DNA of 64,000 bases from Lama glama. Taxonomy: Eukaryota. Location: positions 682,001-746,000 of the forward strand of contig CM052844.1 of NCBI GenBank assembly GCA_028534125.1, written 5' to 3'. A program made the position numbers and the translations under genes. Every line of letters begins with the position of its first letter. Within the stretch, counting starts at the first letter, position 1. Shown here piece by piece: positions 1 through 10,580 of the stretch. The notes under the pieces are model-generated. The model was not told the DNA's origin. It worked only from the letters and a program-made list of their open reading frames with translations, and did not search any database.

Positions 1-3000
1 GCTCCCGTCCCGGAAGCTGAGTGGTCACCGGGCACAGTTGTACTTTGTCCCCAGGGAGCCCATTTAAAAGAAAACAGTGACCCCAAAGGGCAACATGTGG
101 GATGAAAAAGGAAATGGTGTGGATTTCCACTTCATAAAAGGACGTCCCGTGGAAGCCCTCGGCCCTGGGTGGGGATGGGCAGAGGGCTGAGGGCCGCAGG
201 GAATCTCAGTGTGCGGGGCGTGAGGGCGGGATGTGGAACGTGGGGGTGCCGCACACCGTCTCCTGCTGGAGTTCACGGAGGTGGGGCCTTGGAGACAGCA
301 CAGCCACTCTGAGGCCTCATGCTGATGTCCATGTGTCCTCCTAAGATTTCAGTCTGGACTCAGCAGTGCGGGCCGGGGCCCCAGGACACCCTGGCCGCAG
401 AGGCCCCGCCGAGCCACCGCTGTCCCTGCACGACTCACTCGCCACCTGGGGCACTCTGGATGCCAGGAGACAGAAGACCGCCTTCCGGAGACGGGCTCAC
501 GTTGCAGCTGCGGGTGACGGAGGTGCCATCCCAGGACGGGGTCCTGGCTAGTTGGCAGGCGCTCCTGGAGCCGGGGGCCAGGGCGCCGTGGGCTGGGAGC
601 CCACTTACGACCCGCCCTCTAGAGCCTGCGGGAACCCCAGGCAGGCAAACGCAGCCTGCCCCACCAGGGGCACCGCCGGCAGCAGCCCTGGGGAGGGGCC
701 GCACAGCACCCTGCCTGCAGCATCTGGGCTGCAGATGGGCTGCGGGGTCCACCTGGCCCCGGGCCCCAGTCACCCCGGCGGCGGGGGGTCTGACGCGTCC
801 TGGTGCTCAGGGCTGCCTCCCCTGACCCACTTCTGTCCCGAGTCCCCAGACGCTCGTGCTCTGTCCACTCCTGGCGCAGATGCCGACGGCACCCGGAGGC
901 CCGCAGGTCGCGTCGCTGGGACCCCCGGCCCGGGGGTTGGGACGGGGACGCAGAGGCTGCCCGGACCTACTTCCAGTGACCGGGCCCGTCCCAGCCCAGA
1001 TGCAGACACACGCAGGAGGGGCGCCTGCGTTTCTTACCTGTGGCCTCAGGTACCCGTGGGCATCCTTGCATTCAAGGGCCAGAGAACATGTTTTGCACCA
1101 CTTTCATTTTCAATTTTAGAAAGTGCTTCATATGTTTAGAAAGGGCAGTCTTTTAAGATGGGTGTCATGATTCTCCAGGAAACGGACTCCAGCTTAAAAA
1201 GTCAAAGGTCACCGTAGGTGCAGGTATGAAAAGCAACCACCAACAGGTCTTAGAGGAGCAGCGGCAGGGAGGTGATGTCACTGCTGGGGAAAGAGAAGTT
1301 CCTGCATGTTTGTGCAACAAGAGGACCGGCATCACTCACGTGGGACCCTCCAACGTTCTGCTAATGGAATAAAGAAGAGCTCCAATCTCCTCACTTACAG
1401 AAGCAGGGAAAATACAAATCATATTGAATATGCACATTGTAAGTGCATGTGAAATATTGACTGTTTTCCAACATAACAGCCAAACTACCCCTGCAAACAT
1501 ACGCCTCCTGTTTTCTCTGCTTGTAAAGTTTAGGGAAACGAGCACTCCTTATCTGGGGGAGTAAGCGTTAATACAATAATTAAGTCCAGCTTAATTTTCT
1601 GCTTAGAAAGCTTAACTTACTAAGCTGGACAACCAGAAACCTGCTAGGCTGAATTAAATGCACCTCCTTAAAAAGTTGATTCTTAAAGAGTTAATTTTCC
1701 AGGTACACACAGCCTATCAATAAAGCAGAAACTCTACTAAATACTGAAGATCAAAACGATTTAAACCAGTTCTTTCCAGACTTGTCAGATACACACTGAG
1801 GTTTAAGTACGTTTTAGAAAGGGAGCTTATTAAGAGCCAGGCAGTGTCATTTCTCTGCAAGATCTCGTACTTCCGTTCTCTCGCAGCCCATTCCCTAAGA
1901 TCAGGTTTGGGGCATGGCAGTGCTTCCCCCTGTGATGACAAGCACTATTTCCATGCACTCATAATTTTAAGCAGCCTACACGTATTCCCTTAATGTTCCC
2001 AAAATGAAGCAGGTCAGACACCACCAACCACAACGGACCAGCAGGACGAGCCCCTGGGCCACCGGGCCACCCTTCTCCATCAAGTCAGTCCCATGCGAGC
2101 AAAAGGCAGGGTCTCCAGGCGGCAGCAGACACACTGGCCCCGCAGTGGACGGTCCTGTCTCTCACGCCACTCCCCACCCAGACAGCCGGCCTGACCACCA
2201 CGGAGGATGCTTTGGGCCAAATCAAAGCCAGCAGACAAGGAGGGTGTCAAGACATGAACTCATCTCTTGAGTTTCCTTCTCAGGGTTTGTGAGAAAACTG
2301 TGAACTTGTCTTCAGTTAAATGCCAAGTCCAGTCATGACTTTTCATCCCTTGGAAGACCACTGAGTCTGTATTTCTAAAACTGAGTATCTAATTCAGTTC
2401 ACTGGAGGAGAAAGATGACTGGGTTCAGAATTTTACCTCAGGGACCAACTCTGAAAATAACCAAATTATGATTTTAGTGTATGTGCTGCCGAAGCAGCAC
2501 TCAAATTATGATTTTAATTTAAACAGCCAGGCAGGAGATAAACTCCGGGTAAGTGATGGCAGTGCAAAGAGAACACACACAGAGGGAGGGGCACGTGGAC
2601 AAGGAATTAATCGTGGACGAGGGAGCTGGGAGACTCGCTGAAACAACGTGCCAGGATTTTTTTCAAGTCCTATAAAATGTACTGAGATTATGAAAAATAT
2701 GGAGTTTTCCCAGGAAAAACTAATCATTTACAAATAGTTATTGATAAAGCTCATTTCCCCAAATTGCCTATAGCTCCTAATTGGAAATCCATGAGGTGAG
2801 TGTAGCTATAAAACTCTCTGAGACGTTGGCGAGTTTTATGTTCTTTTTGTCTCCGTTGGTCTTTAGTCCCATTGTCGCTACTATTTCCAGATTGGCTTGT
2901 TTGATAAGTTGGCGGCCTTTTCTCAATATGCAGTAAATAGAGATCTTGTCATTTTTTAGGGTGAAATTATAGGCCGGTTGGACGGTTTTTTCAGCCTGTG

Positions 3001-6000
3001 TGTGTGTGGACAGAGGTCACGCAACTGAACCGCTCGCCCTTAGAGGAGAGCGTCTTTGCAGCACCTACCTCTTGAGGTATCAGCACAGGTTTTCCAGGTC
3101 CCACGTGTGAAACGTCTGGGTGACAGAATTCTGTTCTCCAGGACCCCAAGCCCAGCGGTTCGGGACGTGCTCGCCTGTCCTGCCTCTGCGTTTGGGCAGC
3201 ACCTGGAGCCGTTACTGAATATCACAAACAGAGCAAAACAGAAAGCTCCGAACAAAACACCAAGCGAAGTGTGAAAATCAAAAAACAAGAAAAAAAGAAA
3301 ACCCTGGAAGAGGAAATACAAGGGAGGCGCTCACGCCTCTGGCTCCCCGCACACGTGCCGTCATCACCCCGAGAACTGTCTTCAGACCAGCGGATTTCCT
3401 GGGAGAAACGGGACGGCAAGGCCTGTTTGTGAGGGGGACGGATTCACAAGTGAAAATCTAGCTTCTCCTTAGGTTATCTGACTGTGTGGGGAGCTCCGCT
3501 GTGCTCTTCCCACTGCGCAGCCCTAGAACTCGTGCCTTTGAAGGGCGGGACATATCATTTGTACGGCTGCTTGGTTTTCCTCCGTGGTGGTGTTTGTGGG
3601 AGGGTGAGAGGTTTTCCTTCTGGGTAAATTTAGGTCCTCACGAGAGCTGTTTCTAAATTGTCCTTGATACTGCAAATAGAAAAAGTAAAATAGAAACGTT
3701 TTATATCATACTTATAACCGAAGGCTACAGCAGTTATAAAAGAAGTATGATGGCTTTTGCCATTTACTGTTTATGTCCCAACTTGTAAAGAGCTATGAAA
3801 ATTCTAGGTTAAGCTAGAAAGACAATAAATGAATGGAACCACTGAGCACTGAGAGCCTCAGGCAGAGCGTGAAGGAGGCCAGGCAGTCCCGCCTGGGCCA
3901 CTGTCCTAGCTTACGGACCGTACTGCAACTTAACAGCACGCGTACCAGGCCAACGTAGGCAGGACTTGGGGGAGTTCGCAAAGTCGCATTTGGGACCACA
4001 GCAATCAGACCTTTATTTCCGCGTCTGCGTCAGACACAGCGAATGAGTCACGCGGGCACACAGGTCCTTGCACTGGGGGCTTGTGAGCCGTGCCTCCCGT
4101 CTTGTGACGTGGAGAACTTTGGATGGAACCGAGCACAAATGTACTCTCACGTCCATCGCAACCCCTTCTCCTCTGTCCTGTCTCCACAGCTCTCTGACTA
4201 TTTCCCGCTGGGTTAGTCCAGTGCTCAGTGAAAGCTGATTCAGCCGGAAGAGGGTGAAGCAGAGGCAGAGCTGCCCAAATACAACCCGTGGGACCCAGCG
4301 GTGAGACCGACAACGCGCGTGCGGCTCCGAGGCAGGACAGGACCCCCAACGTGAGCAGTGAGGTTCTGCAGCCTTTCGCTCAAGAGAGCAGTGAGAATCA
4401 CGGCTTTGACTGGCACGCTTTTCTGAGTGTCTGTAGCACACGCAGGATACACACGCGCACCACTTGGACGAGGAGCTGCGTGTCCTGTGTGTGGACAAAC
4501 AGGGCAACAGCCGAACCGCTCTTAAAAGTCTCTTTTCTGATAGAAGATGCACGACGCATAATGTTCACAGAGATTGACTTTATTTTACCTTAAATATAGT
4601 TGCATTTTAAAAGCTTCAATAAATTTAACGATTAAAAAAATCAAAGATACCAACACATTTGTCATGGTCCAAATATGATTCCACATATTTGCTTTAACGA
4701 AGTCATTTGTAATAGGTTTTTCATATTTATATTCTTAGGTAATCGCTTGTATTTTTTCTCTTTAAATATACTGCCCATTAGTCTGTCCAGTGAATTTTCT
4801 GGGGAAAAAGAAAGATGCATGTTACTTGTAGTTCTTTAAAAAAAACAAACAAATAACAATACTGGATTTTAGAAGTGGAAATTTTATTATCATCAAATTC
4901 TGCCCCGTTCTCACAGATAAGGGAGCAGGGTGAGGAGGGAGGGGGCACCTCTCACACGGCACAGCCGGAGCGAGGAGGCAGCCTGGCCCTGTCCCCGCCT
5001 GAGCCCTGCCACAGAGCACGCCCACCTGGGCCACCCGGCGGCCGCTGCCACCCCCATGCCCGTCCACCTGCACGGAAACACTGCCAGGACAGCAGAGAAG
5101 GTTTCTATGGTGATTTCATTTTACAGTTTTCCCTTCATAAAAAATGCTGAAATAACACACAGTATTTCCCACTTCTGGGAAAAAGAAGAGGGGGATTTAA
5201 TTTTTTTCCTAGTATTGTACAGAATATTTTGCAGACCCAATTTTAACAGAGCTAAAAATCAGCAAACAGACCTGCTAGGAGAAATGCTTTGCAGCCTGTT
5301 TTTCAAAGCAGCACTGTGTCCCTCAAAACTTTTCAAAGGAATGAACTTGTGCTCAGCCCCCGCTCCAGCACCAGCGGTCAGCAAATGAGCACAGGGCTCT
5401 GAACACAAAGGGGCGAACCTGAGGCCCACAGGTGGGCCGGTGAGCTTGCAAGGGGACAGGCTGGACACAGAGTGACGCGAGGGTGACAGGACCGCTCCAA
5501 GGCAAGCATCATCGGAGAGACAAAGTGAGTGGGTGGACCCTGGGCTTAGACGGACAGAGATTTGAGGGTAGGGGGCTGGAAGTGGACCTGCAGCTCAGTA
5601 ATGATGGAGCGCCCCGGTGCTGGCGCGGCTGGGGGCTCATGGAGGACCTGGGCGGCGTCTGCCGAGCCCGGAGGGGACGCAGGCAGGGGACCCAAGTGGC
5701 CGGAGAGCCTCCTCAGGACGGAATGAAAGCTTGAAAACAATTGCTTTTTAGCTTTTAAGCAGTACTTCTTGATTAGTTTTCAACATTAATGTTTCCTGTA
5801 ACGAACTTAGAATAGAAATACATTTAAATAAATACTTTTTAGGGAGTCTTGGCATTTATGATTCTTTGATGTTCGGTCTGAGCAGCTGGGGCTGGTGTCA
5901 GAAAGGAGTAAGTATCTGGGTGGTTGTGCCACAATACCTCTGGTTTTGGTTGCAGATGGTTTCGAGACGAGAAGGAACCCCCCCCTTTCCCCTGCATTTT

Positions 6001-6852
6001 AATTCACAAGAATTATTTTAAGTGGTTGTTGGAATCTTTGCTATTTCCTTACCGTATTTAAAAAAATTGAATTTACTATCTGATTTAGTCAGTTTATAGC
6101 TCATAATTTCTATTCTAGCTCTGAAATTAATGGGGTTTATGCCTGAAGCCCAGGAGGAATGACGCTGCCGGGACCCTGGCCGGGCGGGCAGCGCAGTGGT
6201 TAGTGTGGTCTTCGCCCCTTCAAGGCCACTCAGCAGGTCCCTCATGACATTTACTGTGGCCTCTAGGCATCAGCAGTTACTTTTTAAAAGAAATGGATTA
6301 TGTACCTTGAAACCCAGGAGCTATTAAATTATTTAAAGTTTTAAAATCTGATCAGATGTTACCAGCAAAGCAAAGCTTCTCCTAGAGAGAAGGGCGTGCT
6401 CCGCACGGAACCCACATGCACGGTGCCGAAGGTGGGGCCCCGTGGCTCCCGCCTCTCCTCCCTCAGCGTGGCTGGAGGCGCAGCTACTTCGTCTCCAAGG
6501 GACCCGACAAGGGGGAGGTGGCTCAGGAGGCGGTCACTTGGGGCCCTGCCAACAGTCTCTAGTAATTAGGCATTTTCTACTAACGCCTTCTTCTATCACA
6601 GATGTAAATTTTAAAAAAATCCACAATTAGGAGGCTGCGTTTTTATTTTAGAAGAAAGTGAAAAATGAAAATTTCAAGACCAGTGGAGACACACCCAGAC
6701 GTGGGTTCCATCTGGGCTGCCTGCCCTCCCTGACCTTCCCGGGAGAAGCACCACGGGAACTCAGCTGCCGTCAGTGGCCGCCGCTCCAAGGTCCACTTTG
6801 TCCATTAGAATAATCAATGAACGCCATTCAGAAATAATAGTACATCCTGCAT

Positions 6853-6858
6853 TTTATT
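6853..6858 (-). terminator. Candidate distal polyadenylation signal AATAAA
   Basis: Hexamer followed by U-rich sequence on the minus strand and preceded by UTR-like elements at 7098-7220. Confidence 0.45.
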
Positions 6859-8274
6859 CAGTTCCATGTGACAAAAATAGTAACCTAGACTAAGACATCC
6901 ATTTCAATCAGTAGATGTGTCAAGCCACAGATTTCATCATAAAAAATAGTGGATCTGGGAGGCGGCTCCCCGCTGGTTCAGGGAGGCCCCTGGCCCTACA
7001 CGGTGTTGCAATAGAAAAATAGTGTCTCTTCCCCACGGGGAGGGCGGCCGCGCCCTGCCCGCGGCGGGCCCGCCGCGCTGCCCGCCGCGAGCCGTCTTAT
7101 TTACAGCACTTTACATTCCTCTTCTCTTAAGTTATATACACATCCTGTCGGGAGGAGAGAACACCACATGGTACCAAATGCTAAGCCAAAAAAACCAAAA
7201 AAAAAAATCATCACACCAAAAAGGACACAGATAAATAAGAACATTCACTGCTGAAACACAGCAACACTGAGCACCTCAGTTTTCTGTTCCCGATGCTGGG
7301 ACAGGCCTCACCCACCCGCTCCGTGGAAAACAGAGCTGTGGAGTTCAGTGTTCATTTCCCACGGAAATGACCCCTAGGTCTGCTTATCTGCGAGTCTCTG
7401 AAACTCTGTTCAGTGACACGGCGTGATTTGCTGTGGCTGTGTTGGAAAGATTGTCCTGTTTTTCTGTTTCTACACCTTCCTCACCTCCTCGCGCGGCCCC
7501 CGCCCCACGAAAAGCCCGGGGCGCCGCTGCTGGCGGAGGGTCCTGGCCTCAGACTCCAGCACGCCTGCCATGCACGGGATGAGGTAGAACACGCGACACT
7601 TCCGTGCAGCCCACGCCCGGCCCTGCGCCCGGGCCCTCCTCACTCGGAGCGGCCCGCACAGTCACCAGCACGAGGCTGGATTTTGAGTGATCAGAGGCCA
7701 GTGTGCTTCGTTTCCATCTGAGACGATAATAAGTCAATCAGGAACGCGGCAAATTTCCCAGTTATGCCTGATTACACCGCCTGACGCCCGGAACTCTCTC
7801 CAGCTCCTTGAGCACAACCGCAGTGCTCCCAGCAGGCAGGCTCTCCGCCGGGGGCGGGTGAGAAACGGACGGCAGGGACCACAGTCAAGTCAAACCTGCG
7901 CAACGTTCTCCAAGTGACTTCCTGGCTTGTATCAGTGTCAACAGTCCTAAGATTAATTCATCAAAGTTTCGCTAAGGGTGGTCAAGTTTTGTAGAAAAGT
8001 TAAATAGATCATTTACTTCAAGAAATGCAGGCCCTAGTTTGCTGGGGAGCTGACAAGTCTTGGGGGCCTTTCTGTTTAAGGAGGACAAATTCCTCATACC
8101 TGTCTGGCCTAAGACTGTGACAGCTTTTTCTTTTNNNNNNNNNNNNNNNNNNNNNNNNNNNNNNNNNNNNNNNNNNNNNNNNNNNNNNNNNNNNNNNNNN
8201 NNNNNNNNNNNNNNNNNNNNNNNNNNNNNNNNNNNNNNNNNNNNNNNNNNNNNNNNNNNNNNNNNNNNNNNNNN

Positions 8275-9039
8275 CCTTTTTTATTGTACAGCTGTGATCA
8301 TGTGAACTATTTCCTCACAACTGCTACCGTGTTGTGAATAATTTATGACGTCTGTCTGCAACTTGTTCCCACACTAGAGACCACTGTCCACAAAGCAGCT
8401 AAACATTTAAATAATAATAAAAAAAGGCTTGTTACTGACAGGTGCTCGCACACAAAATGCATGCTCTTTCCCAACAGAACTTCACAATTTTGCCTGCATG
8501 GAAATAACCCACTTATTTATAGCAAAACAAATCTTGCTTAAAAAAAAAAAACTCACATAGCCAGATGTATTCTGCAGTACAAAAGCTTCCATTAAAGTTG
8601 GGCTGTATTGTCTGTTACCCGCATAATCTCAACATTATAAATACTACAGACACAGACAAGATGCTGCCGTGAGACTGCGGCGGCAGGACTAGACCACGTC
8701 TTCAAGATAAGAGTTCAAGAAGCAGAGTTCAAGTTTCTAACTAATTCGAACAAAACCACTGAAGGAGTTTGTCTGGAACAGGGCGGGGAGCCCTTCCCTC
8801 TGGGGACTGGCAGGGTTTAGGAGGAACAGGATGCATGTGGTCTGAGCCCTTTCTGTTCCCAAGGCGGCTTTCCAAGGACTTCTTTCTGACTTAAATTTAT
8901 TTAAAAGGTTACAGAGTTCTCGAGAGCCGTCAGGCTCACCGGGGCTTACAGGCCCCCTTTCCGCACCACGTGGTGACATTTTTTCAGCTCTGGGTAAACC
9001 GTCAGGGAGGCCGGCCTCGCCCCGGCGCACGCAGGTTAG
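8275..9039 (-). other. SALL3: SALL3 proximal 3' UTR
   Basis: Follows the TAG; AU-rich tracts (UUAUUAUUAUUUA at ~8408-8420, U-run ~8540-8550); AATAAA at 8901-8896 and 8285-8280. Confidence 0.75.
8280..8285 (-). terminator. Candidate polyadenylation signal AATAAA (cleavage site would fall in gap 8135-8274)
   Basis: TGTAC-AATAAA: a UGUA CFIm motif directly precedes the hexamer. Confidence 0.5.
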
Positions 9040-9471
9040 CTAGTTAATACCGACCTCCTTGTCGTCCTGGATGAACGTTGTGAACGGACGGCTGGCCCCC
9101 GTTTCCGAGCTGGCTTTGTCCAAACCCACGATGGGCGGGCTGCCGCCGGTGCGCGCTTTGTCCAGCCCGGCGGTCAGGGAGCCCAGGGTGGGGAGGGCGC
9201 TCCCGCCGAGACTCACGGGGAGCTGGGGGATGCCTCCGTTCTGGATGACGGAGATCTCGTTGTTCTTCATGGCCAGACCATTGGTGATGGCGGCGGCGTA
9301 CTGGTTCCAAAAACTGGGGTCAACGTTCATGGCTCGTGCGGCCAGATCCTTCTGGAACATCTCTGAGAACTTGAGGGCGTCACCACCCAGCAGGGCCATG
9401 GGGTTTTCCACCGAAAGGCGGCGGCCGCGCCTCGCGGGGGCGTTGTTCCACATGTGCGTGCCCATGTGCAC
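9040..9471 (-). CDS. SALL3: SALL3 terminal coding exon 3 (143 codons + TAG)
   Basis: Acceptor cccacgcag|GTG at 9472/9471. VHMGTH completes the last zinc finger in frame with ...GNLK. Contains conserved SALL C-terminal motifs [40 protein letters not shown] and KEVGIN*. Confidence 0.96.
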   Translation of the reverse strand: MHMGTHMWNNAPARRGRRLSVENPMALLGGDALKFSEMFQKDLAARAMNVDPSFWNQYAAAITNGLAMKNNEISVIQNGGIPQLPVSLGGSALPTLGSLTAGLDKARTGGSPPIVGLDKASSETGASRPFTTFIQDDKEVGIN

Positions 9472-10580
9472 CTGCGTGGGGACATGAGACAAGCCCGAGT
9501 CAGCGGGCCCTGCCGGCCCGCTCGCCGCAGTTCAGAGGCACCCGGAGACCCAGGGTCTCCCTCATGTGTTTCCTTTCCTTCCACCCAGCCAGAGTGTCAG
9601 TTTGGGACCACAAAACTTGCTGGGTGAGATTTTCTGGGCATCTTATACTTTAATACGCAATACTTTCTTAAGTCCAAAAAACCAGCCAGCCAACTAGCTT
9701 ATAAATGCTTCTTCCAGTTCACAAACTTGAGAGAAAAATTTCCCCCTGTGCTTTAAGACCCACAGGCCACCCAGAGCTCAGCAGACACAGGGCCTGGCGC
9801 CTAGTGCTCCTCTGAGCCCTGCCCCCAGGACGTCTTAGACTCGGAACTCCTGGCTCCACCGCGCCTCTCTCTGGCTCCCTACCAAGCACAGTCTGGGCAT
9901 CCACGGTCGGCAGAGAACTGAGGGAGCTTTCATCCTGCCAGTATGTGGCAGGTACTGATCTTTCCACGGTCTCTGAAGGGGTCACTGAGGCCCAAACAGG
10001 CACCTGCCTGAGGGTGTGAGCACAGCCCGGCCACGGCACCAGCGCCTGGTCACACACTGCCTCCCGGGCACGTGCACCGTGGTCGTATCTCAAAGACGGA
10101 TGTGACGCCGCCGCGCTGCCTTCCTGACTCTCATGCTGGGAGTCTTCCCCCAAGTGCCCCCACCCCTGCAGCCACATGGACAAAACCACAGAACTGACCC
10201 CGGGCCTCCAGACGGGACTTGCATGGGTGTCGTCCACAAGTGTTTAAAGGCCCGGTTATCTCGGTATCAGCAACCCTCAAGAGGTGGGGCAGTGCCGGCC
10301 TCGGGCTTCCCACGGTAGCAAGTGTGCCACCCCAACATGCTGTGGCCACGCAGGCCGCATGAGCCCCTCGAGGGGAGGCCACTGGACAGGTGTGAGAGCA
10401 CAGGCATGCACGCTCACGGGCGTGTGTGCACACACCACACGCACACGGGCACATGCACAATGCAGACTCTCCCATGACACAGGCATGCACGCATGTGCAT
10501 GCACTCACCCACCACACACGTGCAGGCACACACATGCACACAGGCTGCACGGGCATGTGCCGGGGCGTCCACGCCCTCAC
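9472..10580 (-). other. SALL3: SALL3 intron 2 (1109 nt, phase 0), splitting the last zinc finger
   Basis: GT..AG boundaries; splicing restores CSVC...GNLK|VHMGTH. Confidence 0.93.
10390..10560. repeat. Degenerate (CA/TG)n alternating purine-pyrimidine repeat at the 5' end of intron 2
   Basis: Runs such as cacacatgcacac and gcatgcacgcatgtgcatgcac. Confidence 0.8.

Noticed and set aside
1033-1040. Strong minus-strand donor CAG|GTAAGA near GC-rich ORFs at 319-1139
   Set aside because: Isolated site with no matching coding exon; the ORFs are low-complexity GC artefacts.
7005-7120. miR-17, miR-1 and miR-92 seed matches on the plus strand
   Set aside because: Antisense to SALL3, with no evidence of a plus-strand transcript here.
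10131-10580. C-terminal 150 codons of the 1313-aa ORF (VRAWTP...GRLPA)
   Set aside because: Read-through into intron 2 and its TG repeat; the real C-terminus is exon 3.
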